Shown in pieces: positions 24,552-38,508 of a stretch of 64,000 nt of DNA (positions are counted from its first letter, which is position 1; every line of letters begins with the position of its first letter). The translations under genes were made by a program, and so were the position numbers. The notes under the pieces were generated by a model. It saw only the letters and a list, made by a program, of their open reading frames with translations, was not told the origin of the DNA and ran no database searches. Location: assembly GCA_951406725.2 (NCBI GenBank), contig OX597835.1, forward strand, positions 10,292,001-10,356,000. The letters run 5' to 3'. The stretch comes from Octopus vulgaris (Eukaryota).

Positions 24552-24765
24552 TGTGTATGTTTGTGTGTCTATGTTTGTCCCCCTAGCATTGCTTGACAAC
24601 CGATGGTGGTGTGTTTATGTCCCCGTTACTTAGCGGTTCGGCAAAAGAGACCGATAGAATAAGTACTGGGCTTACAAAAGAATAAGTCTCGGGGACGAAT
24701 TGCTCGATTAAAGGCGGTGCTCCAGCATGGCCGCAGTCAAAATGACTGAAACAAGTAAAAAACAG
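24408..24765 (+). mobile_element. SINE family A, 5'-truncated
   Basis: Starts at ggcaccttgggcaagtg and has a full tail. Confidence 0.9.
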
Positions 24766-26516
24766 AAAAGAAAGAGAGTGGTTCTGTCATCAAAATAGGA
24801 GAGTCTAAGTTTGGGTAAGGCATTGTTCTGCCCTTATCCAACAAGTCTCTTTAATGTAATACCACTCAATGCTTCACCCTCACAACTCCATTTTAATATG
24901 AAGACAGCGAGCTGATAGAATCGTTGGCACGTCGGGAAAAATGCTTGGTGGCATTTCGTCTGTCTTAACATTCTGAGTTCAAATTCTGGCATGGTTGACT
25001 TTGCCTCTCATCCTTTCATGGTTAACAAAACAAGTACCTGTTGAGCACTAGGGTCGATGTAATTGACTTGCCCCCTTCCTAAAAATTACAGGCCTTGTGC
25101 CAAAATTTGAAATTTATATATATACATATATATACAATTTCCTCTATTTACATAATATTGAGGTCCCTTTCTTTCTTTTGTTATCTTACCGTTTTACCAA
25201 TATATTACTAGATACCTCCTTGTGTATGTATGTATGTGAAACCCTATTCGCTAACAATAACTCATTGAATACTGAATTCATATCGAATATTCAGAATGAA
25301 AACCATCATTTATCAATCTCAGGAAGCAAACAACAGTAATCCACTCGAATTCTTCCCAACAAACCTGAGTCAATTATCCTCCCTCCCTCTCTCTCTCTCT
25401 CTCCACATATGCATGGGGCTGAGGAGAGATCAATCACTTCAAATTTAACACCCACTAACTCTTTCCCTGTCCAAAGTATTTCCATGAGTTTGTCCTTAAA
25501 CATCCATGCTTGCTTTCAGATATTTCGTCAGCCTGTGCTTCTTCCGAGTGATATAAAGCTTTCCTTTCATAAATCCTAAGTTATTCAGGCGGGTGAAAAA
25601 AAAACTGGGTATATGTATCAGATATGATGCATAGAAGCCAGGGAAATATGATTTGTATATCACATGTGATATGCAGGACAGGCAAAAGTTTTGAGTGTGA
25701 AACACGTTTTTGTAAGACCTCAACCACAAGATGAATTTAATCTAATGACATCATTGTTAAAATAATTGAGCCGGAGAATAACTAAAATCAAATAACTTAA
25801 TTAAAAACAGCAGTAATTTCTCTCATGAAATGGCAAAAAAAAAAAAAAAAAAAAAAAAAGAGAATGGCATTCTTTAAAAGGATGAACAAATGTCAACTTG
25901 ATAAACAATTATTATAACAAATAAATAATAGAGTAATTTCTGGGGTAAAAACACATGCAGGAGAACATAGACGGAAAAAATAAAAGAAAGCAAACAAACC
26001 AACAAAGGTAGGCATTCTCAACAAATAACTTGAAACATTATTTGTATAATTATTATTATCAAATAACATAAAAATACAGAACAATGTGAATATACTCAAA
26101 ACAGTGCAAAAACAAAGATAAAAAAATATATAAAAGAAAAATTGTTGTAAATTAAAATAAAAATATTTCAAATCAAAATGAAATTCCCCACTGAAAGATT
26201 TTAATTTTTTTTTTTTTTTTTTTGCTTCTGTATTAAATTCTATTTTTTTTTTTATTTTTTCAAAAAAAAAAAAAAAAAAAAAAAGCTCCAGATAAAAGAG
26301 ATATTCAGTGAACTCGTTAAGCCAGATAGTTAGGCAATAGTGGTAATAATAATAATTAACTGGTGCATCAACTAAGAGCCAGTGATATTAGTTTTTAGTA
26401 GGTTGTTTGTTAGAGTAAAGAGAGCAACTGAATGACCAGCCAAACCAATGCTATTAACGAGAGTGTGTGTATGTGTGTGTGTGTGTGTAGGAGTTTTAAC
26501 GAGGAGCAAGTTTTAC

Positions 26517-26603
26517 CGGCTGGGTGTTGTTCTTATCAGCGAAAGGGTTGAAATCATCCAGAGTGCCTTGGGTGCCACTGGTTGCCTGTCTGACGGAGGG
26601 ATC
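26517..26603 (-). CDS. SCAMP: SCAMP internal coding exon (likely coding exon 2): DPSVRQATSGTQGTLDDFNPFADKNNTQP
   Basis: Minus strand reads tttatctgtttccag|GATCCC...CAGCCG|gtaaaa. 87 nt, phase 0/0. Contains DPSV...LDDFNPF, matching the SCAMP1-type DPSV...LDEYNPF NPF repeat, and joins in frame to 12159. Confidence 0.93.
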
Positions 26604-27802
26604 CTGGAAACAGATAAACAGTCGCGTCAAGTAATGGAATCACCATGCATCCTTGCATCAGTGGAGGGCAGAGATATTAGCTGAAGACGGTGGAATAGAG
26701 AGATACAGACATGTGCATGGAAGAAAAGGAGGAGAGAGAGAGAGAGAGGAACAAGTAAAGGGCAGAGTAAAAGAGAGACTGGATCTGGGAGCGGGTGAAT
26801 GAGAGAGAGAGATCAGTTGAACCAAATGTTATTGTAGGAATAAAATGTGGCGCTTGAAAACAGAAGTAAATACAACCTTCACTCTCTGTGAAGAGAGTGT
26901 GTATATATATATATATATATACATTTAAAATCTAAGATGGAGAAAGAGAGAGTGAGATGAAGTAGACCTAACTGAAATGGTTCTTTCCAACCTCAGTAAC
27001 AAAAGTTTCCATTCTAACTTCCTATTTTAACAGCGAAGTGCAGTAAGGGCAGGCAAAAAAAAAAAACTATCCATTTATGTTAACATGAAAAATAGATGTA
27101 AACAACATGTGTGTCGCAATTGTTCGATCAACAGCTCAGATTCCTTGATAATGGAAAACGGTGGAGTATTCCACAGACACAAAGCAATAGTCAAATCTTG
27201 AGGCAGGCTCAGCATGATTTTGTGGGACATGGCTGAGCCTTACTAATCCTTTTCCAAATACACTTTCATACCTGAGGTCAACGCAAGACCATGGGAAAAG
27301 AAGATACTTCTCCATTCATTATGCACTTCTGCATACTGGAAGAAAAGCAGGCACCGAAAGGCAAGCTTATTAACCAGATGCATGCCTCTCCCTCTCTCCC
27401 TACATATATCTTTATATACATATATATATATTGTGTGTGTGTGATATGATATGTAAATATCGAACAATGAAAATGAGTGCTCAACACCGCATTGGTGGAC
27501 AAAGATTCTTTATTTGTGTATTAAGGCTACCATTGGTTTCACGTTAAGGAATGCCTCAACAATTTTCAAGCGCATCACATGGAAACATTGGCATTCATCT
27601 CCATTTTGGATAAAGACATATATGATAATATATGAAGTGTATGTGTGCTTTCCAACCATTTTTCCCATACCGATATTGAGTGGACAGGTAGGGAAAACAG
27701 TAACAACACACATACCATGCTCTTCATGATATTGTGTGGGTGTTTTGCTTACAAATGAGTCTTCTTTGTATTCACATGTATGTATGTGTGTGAGAGTACT
27801 TC

Positions 27803-27833
<31 letters not shown>

Positions 27834-29042
27834 AACGTATAAAGCTTTGTTTCTGTGCCTGCATATCTTTATGTGGATATGATGTATTTACATGCTATGT
27901 TACAGTAGATATACATGTTTAACCCCAGGCCAGCCAGTACCAATGGAGCAGAACTATGATCAACGGCTTCTACCCTTGACTATCATGTATTTTTTTTTTT
28001 TTTTTTCAAAGAATAAATGTAGAATTGCATTATTCAACATGTCTTTTCTTATTTTCGAGAAGGAAGGGTGAGTAATTTGAAGAAGATTTGACTGCTATTA
28101 CTAGCATGTCAAGCAACAGCGCAGTCCCCTTCATTGCCTCGTGAATGTGTGTGTGTGTGCATATCCATGTGATGTGTTGCAATGAAGTAGGAAATGTACT
28201 AATACATAAAGTCTCATGTTACTATCGTTTATTCAATAATTATGAGTGAGAGGGGAAGAGAGAGAGAGGGAGAGAGAGAATCACAACAGAGACATACCGA
28301 TGTAAATGAAATGGAGTGGGAGGTGATGTGGTCGGGGGTAGCAGTGAGAGTTATAAAATTGTAAAAGGAAGAATGAAAAGACTTTCAAAGAAATTCCAGT
28401 TATCTCAACGGATTCGGATTCGACAAAATTAATCATTTTCCACTGAAACAAAATATTTCCGAAGAAATAGTGACAGGTTTAGAAACCCCCTACAAGAGTC
28501 TGGCATTGAAGAAATAGCAGCCAACTTCAAGATCTGACCTTGATGGTCACAAAGTCAAAATTGGAAATTATTAAATGGTCACTGTTTATAGAGGTAGCAA
28601 CTTTTAGTCTTGGCCTATTTTGGTGGAGGTGACCACCTCCGCCCCACCACCATGTAACATTACAACATTTCAAATGCTGAAACAGAATCTCTAGACTTGA
28701 AAAGAACACATAAATAAATGAGCTAAGGGGAAGTAACTGAAGTGGGACAATGGCATATAATTTAAAGCCACTACTTACTGAATAATGGAAGCAAAATGTC
28801 TCAAATCAATTAAATTTCCCTCTTAGTAGGAGAAAGAAAACAAAGAAGTGGCAGAAATAATTGATTAGGAACTGTCAAAGACATAATTTCAAGAATTTGA
28901 CTACAGCTGTGTGGTTAAGAAGTTAGCTTCAGAAACGCATTTCTCAGGTTCAGTCCAGTTGTACAGTGCCAAGAACTCAGGGGCAACCAATGCCTTATAA
29001 GCGAATTTGTAGATGAAAACTGAAAGAAGCCCACTATATATA

Positions 29043-29273
29043 TATTTCTTTATTGCCCACAAGGGGCTAAACATAGAGGGAACAAACAAGGACAGACAAA
29101 GGGATTAAGTCGATTACATCGACCCCAGTGCGTAACTGGTACTTTATTTATCGACCCCGAAAGGATGAAAGGCAAAGTCAACCTTGGCAGAATTTGAACT
29201 CAGAACGTAACGGCAGACGAAATACTGCTAAGCATTTCACCCGGCGTGCTAACGTTTCTGCCAGCTCGCCACC
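29043..29273 (-). mobile_element. Family B SINE nested in a decayed family A SINE (~28900-29480)
   Basis: Flanked on both sides by the duplicated target aagcccactatatata. Confidence 0.88.
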
Positions 29274-30123
29274 TAAAGCCCACTATATATAAGTGTTTGT
29301 CACCATTAACTGACCACTTGAAAAAAGTGTTGGCTTGTTTATGATTCTGTAACTTAGTGGTTTGGCAATAAGAAACAGACAGAATTAAGTGTCAGGTTTA
29401 GAGCAAGTACTGGGATCAATTTGATAGACGAAGCCCTACAAGGTGTTGCCACACCAAGGTTGCAGTCCCAGTAAAATGACAAAAGAATTTCTCAAAATAA
29501 ATTAACATGCTTAGAAACAAATCTGATCTTTGTCTGCCAGATTTTGAAACTCATTTACACAAACAAGTCCCATTGTCACCACATAAATTTATTTTATAAA
29601 AATTAATAATTCTTAATTTCTGAAAATCATTGCCCCCTTTTCTTTAACAGTCAATAACAATACCCACTAGATTTTTGTTTTCTTTCTCCAACAAAAAGGG
29701 AAAATTACGGTTAATTGAGAATTATTTGAGTACATCATTCAATACATAACTCTTTCAACTTCTTCAAGTTCTTGCCATCTACTTCAATTCTACAAATTTA
29801 ACTCACTTTCTAAGTGTTTATGTGTGTGGCTGTGCAGTAACTGGGTGTGCATTGTGTATAGCCTCCAGTGTCTCAAGCTAGGCACAGGGAAAACCTCAAG
29901 CCAGCTGAAATTAATACTAATTGATATACTAAACGACCACACACACTAATTTACTGTCTCATTATGATTTAAGAAATAACAGAAATTAAATTAACTAATG
30001 TTGATTGTAGAGAGCTACAGCTATTTTAATGAGGGATTAGAGCCAATGCAGTTAGGAGAAAAAAAACCGAAAAACAATGCAATTTTAGTCCAGATGTTAT
30101 CAAAGTCTATGATTTTCTGAAAA

Positions 30124-30515
30124 CATCATCATCCTCATCATCATTTAGCGTCCGCTTTCCATGCTAGCATGGGTTGGACGGTTCAACTGAGGTCCGGGAA
30201 GCCAGAAGGCTGCACCAGGCCCAGTCTGATCTGGCAGTGTTTCTACGACTGGATGCCCTTCCTAACGCCAACCACTCCGTGAGTGTAGTGGGTGCTTTTT
30301 ACATGCCACCCGCACAGGTGCCAGATGGGGCTGGCAAACGGCCACGGACGGATGGTGCTTTTTACGTGCCACCAGTACGGGGGCCAGGCAAGGCTGGCAA
30401 CAGCCACGATCGGATGGTGCTTTTTACGTGCCACCAGCACGGAGGCCAGTCGGGGCGGCACTGGCAACGGACACAGTCGTGTGGTGCTTTTTACGTGCCA
30501 CCTGGCACGGGCGTG
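30124..30515 (-). mobile_element. Retroposon family D with four internal ~60-bp units
   Basis: ggtgctttttac(a/g)tgccacc recurs at ~30292, 30355, 30416 and 30483. Confidence 0.88.
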
Positions 30516-31696
30516 CGAGGAGTATATATTTTGTAGAAAGTTCTTGGGTAATATTATTATTATTATTGCTTCAGTTGTTGGTTACAAAAAAAAAAAACTG
30601 GAAGAGTTACCAGATGAAATGTTTTGAAGTATCAAGTTCCATTCCTCTCTTGCTTCAGTTCAATCCCAACAGGTTTAACTTTCCACTCCTCCAGGGATAT
30701 CAAAATAGAAACTAGGAATCTGGTTATTTGGGGTTTCAGTCAATTGCACTGTTCCCTTTCTAAATTTTGGGGAAGTTTTTGAATGTGAGGGGGTCAATGG
30801 TAGCTTAGACACTATAATTAGGAGAAAATCATCTAAACTAAGGCAAGACAGTTCTTTTAAATGTGAAATTAAATGTCTTCAGAAGAAAACAATGGAAAAA
30901 AAATTGAAATGACCTCATGTAGTTAGGATGCATGCACACGCACATGTGTGTGTGTGTATGTATATATATATATATACACACAAACATACACAAAAATGAA
31001 TTGAAAAGTTAAAAGTAATATCCACGGTGTAATAATGCATATTGAAAAATAAAACATAAAACACAGACATGGGACAGAAATCAACAGGCGTAATACAAAT
31101 AGCTGTGATTCAACATAATAATAATAATAATAATAATACAAGCAGGACACTGAGAAACGTAAAGCAACTAAATATATTGATAAACATAGGCACCACAAAA
31201 CAGTAGGTTATAAATACACACATAACAATGCATTGCTATATATATATATATATATATATATATACGTATGCGTATTGCATATATACAGTTGAGAGAAATT
31301 AACGCTCGTTTAAATTTTGTCAGACATCAATAACGAAATATCTTTTTTTTTTTTTTTTTTCTCATTATGTGCTTATTTCATCATTTCTCGCAATCCAAGC
31401 TGAAAAAGCAATCGTAGTTTTAGAAGGCAAAAAAAAAAAAAAAAAAAAAAGGGGAAAAAAAGCTGTGGTATTTAAAAAAAATTTTAAAAAAATGCATGTG
31501 TATCACAGATAAAATGGCAAATTTGCAAAGGCAAACCATGACTGAAATATCAAAATATATAAATATTATGTTAAATGGCGGTGCCCCAGCATGGCCACAG
31601 CTCGTGAGCTGAAACTAGATAAAGACAAAGAAAACATTTATGAAAAAACCAAAGCTCCGTGAGTGCGTGTCTAAACTTTTTTTAACTTCAAAATTT

Positions 31697-32732
31697 TTAC
31701 TTGTTTCAGTCACTGGACTGCAGCCATGCTGGGGCACTGCCACAAAAGGGGGTTTAGTCAAATGAATTGACCCTAGTAGGGTTCGTTTTGATTTTCTTTA
31801 TTTTTTTTTTCTTTCCAAAAAAACCTGGCACTTTTTCAATCAGTCTCTTCTGTCAAGCTGCTAAGTTAAACAGACATAAACAAACCAGCACCGATAGCCA
31901 ACAAGTGGCAGGGGACAAACATGAAGACAGGCACACATATATAAGGGACCCCTTCAGTTTCTGTCTACCAAATCCACTTATAAGTCTATGGTCAGCCCAG
32001 AGCTACAGTAGAAGACACTTGCCCAAGTTGCCATGCAGTGGGACTGAACCTGGAACCATGTGGTTGGGAAGTAAATATCTTAGCATACAGCCATGCTTAA
32101 AACCAATTCATCCTCTTCACTCAATTAGACATTCATCTTGAACAAACGATAATGAACCATTAATGCATAAACTAGGACCATGGATCCAAGTCGCAGTAAG
32201 ACACAATCAAGTCCTTTGACATTTCACATGTGGCAGCAACATGTAGGGGACCTTAAGCTTTATTTATGCACATTATTTTAAATTAATCATGCTTTATCTC
32301 GAAGTTTCAAGATTTTCCTGATGTGACTCTTTACTCTTTTATTTGTTTCAGTCAGTTGACTGCGGCCATGCTGGAGCACCGCCTTTAGTCGAGCAAATAG
32401 ACCCCAGGACTTATTGTTTGGAAGTCTAGTACTTATTCTATCGGTCTCTTTCCGAACCGCTAAGTTACAGGGACATAAACACACCAGCATCGGTTGTCAA
32501 GCGATGTTGGGGGGACAAACATAGACACACAAACATATACACACACACACATATATATGTATATATACGACAGGCTTCTTTCAGTTTCCGTCTACCAAAT
32601 CCACTCACAAGGCTTTGGTCAGTCCAAGGCTATAGTAGAAGACACTTTGCCCAAGTTGCCACGCAGTGGGACTGAACCCGGAACCATGTGGTTGGTAAGC
32701 AAGCTTCTTACCACACAGCCACTCCTGCGCCT
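31697..32732 (-). mobile_element. Two family A SINEs (31697-32097 old; 32325-32732 younger)
   Basis: Each has the family tail and head. Confidence 0.85.
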
Positions 32733-34065
32733 ATGACTGTGTATCCTGACTGTATATATCTTTAGAATGACATAACAGGGTATGTGTAAGAGGCTGGATC
32801 TGGCTAGTCTGAACATAAAACAGGTAAGAATGGTTGGGCAAGATATGGTTGATTTAAATGCTAAAACACAAACATGGTAGATGAATGAGTGTAAGGGAAT
32901 GAGAGGGGTCGGAGAAAGAGCGAGAGAGAAAAAAAGAGAGTGAGTGGATGAGAGAGAGAAAAAAAGAGTAAGTATGTAGGAGAGGAGGATTTTAAAAAAT
33001 GTTTTAGAAAAATTATAAGTAGGTGAAAGAGGTCACATGATTAACCATTTTGACTCTTTTCTGGTAGTTTCTTCATATTGCAGGGTGGATGATATCTTAA
33101 ATGCACAACACATCGCAAATTTTAGCATTTGACCCTTTAAGCATTCAGGTTATTCTGTCAAATGCAAATCCTTCTTTATTCACATTGTTTTGGATTAATC
33201 CTGCATTGCCCTCTGGCTCCAAGATTTCAATAATGCAATTGCTTATTCTGTAGAAAGACATTGAAGTACAGACACGAGAGACCAGACTTGCCTGGCTTGA
33301 ACATAAAACAGGTGGAATATTTCGACTGGATATGGGGCAGATTAAGGGCTAAAGGTCAATACAGAGATTTTGATTTGCAGATCTTGCCATGGTTTTAAAT
33401 GTGACATTCTCAAAGGGAAATTAAAACTTCCTTCTCCAAATGTTATTGCTGATAGTCTTTTGTCTTTCACTTGGATTGTGGCCATTCTGGAGCACCACTG
33501 TAAAGGCTTTAGTCGAACAGATTGAACCGAGTACGTTTTTTTTTAAGCCTGGCATCTATTCTATCAGTCTCTTTTGCTGAACTGCAAAGATGCACAGCTA
33601 TGAACTGAAGCTGCATTATGTGCAGTGATTCCTGGACATCAAGAGGGCAAGATTTACCCACAGTTCGTCTCTTTGATGGAATTTAAAACCTTAGGTCAAA
33701 GGAAGACCAAGAATGGATACCTGGAAATTTGGCAGGTTTCCAAGTGTTTATAGTTCTCTACCTGTCAGGCAACACAGCCAGTGGTTAGTTAACTCACTGG
33801 ATGACAAAATAAGAATAAAGAAATGGGGTGGGAAGAGCAACCAGAATACTAGGAATATGGGGTGGAGAGAGACCGAAAGAGAGAAGAATGATAAGGTTTT
33901 GTACTGATGCATTTCATATTTTGGACTATATCCAAGAGATCCGTTACATAATTCAAAGTAATTCACTTGAATCGTGTTAGAAATAAAATTAATCAGGTAA
34001 GATGCCAACAATAGCTGAACTGAGCATTACTTCTTCCTCTCCTTGTTTTTCCCTCATTTATAGCA

Positions 34066-34096
<31 letters not shown>

Positions 34097-34644
34097 ACAT
34101 CACCATCGTTTGTACCAGTAAAAGTTTGTACAATGCAGTAACAATTCTGCCAGCTCACTACCTTAATAATAATAATAATTTCTTTTCTGTAGCAATAACT
34201 GCACATAACATTAAAAATAAACCAGTTAATTTCTTAAATATATTCGGTCCCAAGAGACCTACTGTGTAGTGTCGCCTCTCTTAGCAACAAGGCATTAATA
34301 TAGGTATACACATAGAAACAGCTGAAAATTAGGTCAGTAATCAGGTGATTAGAGACCGGTGACCCAAGTTACAGTGAATTAAATTATTAAGTTGACAAAT
34401 ACAGGCAACAACAACACACAATAAAATGCTACTGAAGTGTGGATATGGAAAACACTAAAAATAGAAGGAAAAAAACAACTGAATTCTCGCAATGAAATAA
34501 CTCTGTAACTTTCATACTTAAATTCCTAAAATAATATAATATAGGCATGAAGAAAAAAAAAAAGAATTGCTAAAAACAATAAACACAAACACAAAACACA
34601 CTTTGTGAGTGAAGAAGATGTGTATGTGTGTTTGTATGTGTGTA

Positions 34645-34680
<36 letters not shown>

Positions 34681-36080
34681 TGTGAACAGTTTTTGTAACT
34701 TTTAATTTTTTAATCGTATTTTTTATTTTTTATTACTCTTTTACTTGTTTCAGTCATTTGACTGCGGCCATGCTGGAGCACCGCCTTTAATCGAGCAAAT
34801 CAACTGGAATATTAAATACACTCAAACTACAACCAAACTGTCTGTTTATTAGACAAAACCATACTGAGGAGGAACAGGCACGGTGGAGTGGTCGAGAAGC
34901 TGACTTTACAACTATGTGCTTTCAAGTTCAATCCCACTTACCATGCTCTGGACAAGAGTTTTGTGTGACAGCCTAGGGTCAACCAAAACCTTGCGTGAAA
35001 TTTGGTAGAAGGAAACTGCGTGGAAACTTGCAGGAGGGACCATTCCCGTCCTTTGGTGATGGACATTTCACACACTGACCCTTGAGACCCTTTTTGGCAG
35101 AGCTCAGTCCTCTACAAGCATTTGAACCAGGACTTCAGTTCTGACTAATCCAGTTATCTTCTTCTTCTTCTACATATTCAACTGCTACAGTGTATAACCC
35201 CTGGTCCCCCAACACCTCCAGCACCCTGTCACCTTGATCCCTATTCCTCATTGACTCATATTTCTGTGTTGCCTTAACAACCACCAGAGAATATTTACAA
35301 TAATTTCAACCAAGCATCAATAACATCACCCACCACCATCACCACACACACACACGCATACACAAATACAAACACACACACCCACACACACACACACTTG
35401 CAGTCCAGAAATATTTTGAATGTAACCATTTGCTGCCTCTACTTCAAACTAAAATGTGTAAATGAAAAGCTGAAAACACTTGAACCATGAGTCACCACAG
35501 ACCAAAGCGCTCGCCCATCCCCCACCTCCCACCTCCTCCTCGCACCCTTCGCTATGGTTTATATTTGTTTAGCCATAATACCACGGGGGGGGGGGGGATT
35601 TCAATATATCTGTCAGATATACACACCACAAATCTCTGCACAATATCTGCTGCAATTTTCACAACTGAACAGTCCAGCAGACAGAGAATTTATTCACAAG
35701 GCTTTGGCCGGGCCATGAATATAGTAGGTGCTTGCGCCAACAAAGGTGCCCCACAGGGAGACTGAACTTGAAATTACATGGCTGTAAAGTGTACATCTTA
35801 ACCACATGGCCATGCTGACTAATCCAGTTATCTTCTTCTCCTATATATTCAACTGTATGTATGTATCTATCTATGTATCTATGTAAAACAATTTAGATTC
35901 AAAAGAATATGGTACTTAACCTAGATGCACCAGAATTTTTTTATGGTATTAACCATAAAATGATGTGGGGTGATTATAACCAAAAAATAAGCAACAAGAA
36001 TGGATCAGTAGTTTAGTACAATTGTTTCATACTATAAATATTTTATTAAAGCTGCAAATATTGTATCTATGTATGTATGT

Positions 36081-36430
36081 AGGCATGGCTGTGTGGTAAG
36101 AAACTTGCTTCCCAACCACATGATTCCAGGTTCAGTCCCACTGCATGGCACCTTGGGCAAGTGTTTTCTACTATAGCCCCGGGCCAACCAAAGCTTTGAG
36201 AGTGGAGCTGGTAGACAGAAATTAAAAGAAGTCCATCATATATATGTATATATGTGTTCGTCCCCCCACTACCACTTGACAACAAGTTACATTCCCATAA
36301 CTTAGTGGTTCAGCAAAAGAGACAGATGGAATAAGTACCAGGCTTATAAGACGTATTCGGGTTGATGATGTATTCAATTAAAAATCCTTCAAGGTGGTGC
36401 CCCAGCATGACCGCAGTCTAATAACTAAAA
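36081..36430 (+). mobile_element. SINE family A, diverged
   Basis: aggcatggctgtgtggtaag...ggtggtgccccagcatgaccgcagtc. Confidence 0.8.
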
Positions 36431-36611
36431 CAACACGCACATGCGCATACATGTAGTTGAGGAGGGAGAGAATCAAAATGTTCCGAAAACCTGATGCCAA
36501 AGACCATATAGACCAATAGAAAAAGAACAAGACAAGATGCTGCTGGTTCAATGGTAAACAACACAATTAAACTACTCCCTGTCTATTACATCCAGACCTA
36601 AATAAATATAA

Positions 36612-37119
36612 TCTTTATATATAAAAGAGAGGTTGTGTGCTGTCTGTCTCCTACGATTTAGATTCCTAACTACTCCCACATTTTGCGGTGCAGTTTAACC
36701 AAAAGCGGGTATCTTATATATAGTCGTGATTCATATCGAGCCCTTCTGGGTATTAGCGCGCGTCCACAATGAGTTTACGATTAAAAAAAAAAATTTACCA
36801 TAATTTTTTTCCATTTTAATGCATTTTTTCGCTATTATATAAGGGAAGTAACTCTCTAAAAATGTCTACGATGAGTCAACGATTTAAAAAAAATTTACCA
36901 TAATTTTTTTTCCATTTTTAATGCATTTTTTCACTATTATATAAGGGAAGTAACTCTCTAAAAATGTCTACGATGAGTCAACGATTTAAAAAAAAATTTA
37001 CCATAATTTTTTTTCCGTTTTTAATGCATTTTTTTGCTATTTTTTGGCTATAACTCTCTAAAAATGCTTATATAGTTATTTCGCTTACAAACCCGAGCAA
37101 CGCCAGGCGATACTGCTAG
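36612..37119 (+). mobile_element. Non-autonomous Helitron with internal ~102-bp triplication
   Basis: A|TC...CTAG|T junctions, no TSD, subterminal hairpin cccgagcaacgccagg. Confidence 0.9.
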
Positions 37120-38508
37120 TTCATAACAAAGAAATGTTGCCCACACAGAACAAGTCCATCAACTCCACACTTTCATGGCGAAAATAAATTGCTGACCATC
37201 AAAGACAATGCAAATGAAAAGCAAACAAAGAAACCGGATCATAAATGGTTTTGTAACTAGGCTGGTCTGTTGGCCAGTGTAGAACTCAACCAGCAACACC
37301 TAACGTCTCCTCGTCTGCTGCCAATGCCTGCTAACGAAGGAGTCTTGTTGCTAAATAAAGCCCGAATTTGTCACATACAAAAATGGCACATATACCAAAA
37401 AGGATTAAAAAAAAACATATCAGGCTGCTTTCCATTTATACAAGCCGTGTGGTTAAAAAAGCTTGCTTATAAAGTATGTCACTTCAAGTTTGGTTCCACA
37501 ATGTGGCATCTCTCTCACAAATGTCTATTACTGCAGTCTCAGTCTGATCAACTGCCTTTCAGTGAATTTTTCATGGATAGAAACTGTTTGTAAGCCTATC
37601 ATACATACACACACACACATATATATACAGCTGTGTCTGTGTTTACTTCCACAGGTGTTCACACTGACACCATTTAAGCAACAGTGATAATGTTTATGGT
37701 CCTCGTAAACGAAAACTCCATCAGCTCAGTGAAGTTGTGGAATAAAACATGACTTAGTTGAAAAATGAACAAGCATCAGTGTCAGAAAGGGCATCTGGCC
37801 ACAGAATATTGCCTCAACATGTCTCACCCAACTCATGCAATCGCAGAAAAAGCAGACGCAAAAATGATCATGGTCCTCATCTTCATTTAATGTCCTCCCG
37901 TCCATGATGGCACGGGTTGAATGGTTGGACAGAAGATAGCAAGCCAGAAGACTATGCCAAGCTCAACTATCAGCCAAGGTATGGTTTCTATGACCCGACT
38001 CCCCGCTTCTCAATCAATTCCTACTCTACCTGATATTTATGCATTAACTATATTACTCTCAGCGGTCCCCTAGCACCCCTTCCAGGTTTAACCCAATCCC
38101 TACTTTATAAACCAGCTATAAACAATGTTGAACTAACCTAGAGAGACAAGTGAGACAACAGACAGAATGTTAATAACCGATAGAAATTAAAGATAAGAAT
38201 ATCAGGTTTAGATTAGTAAAATAGTTAAGGGAGAATTATAACGAAGGACAGAGACACACTGTGTACAATCACATATAACACACTAGCTATATAACTGTAT
38301 AGATATAGTGGCACAAGAGAAGACAATAGAATGAATATAGTATCACAAGAGGGGAATATAGTAGGAGTGTAGTAGCCAGAAACTAAGCTATAGTATATGT
38401 GTGGTGGTATAAGAGTAAGTCATAGTATAGACCACAGTATAGATGTAAGGCCATTAAGAATGAGGTTATGAAAGATTGTTCTTATGGAAACGCTTATGTC
38501 AAGTAAGA

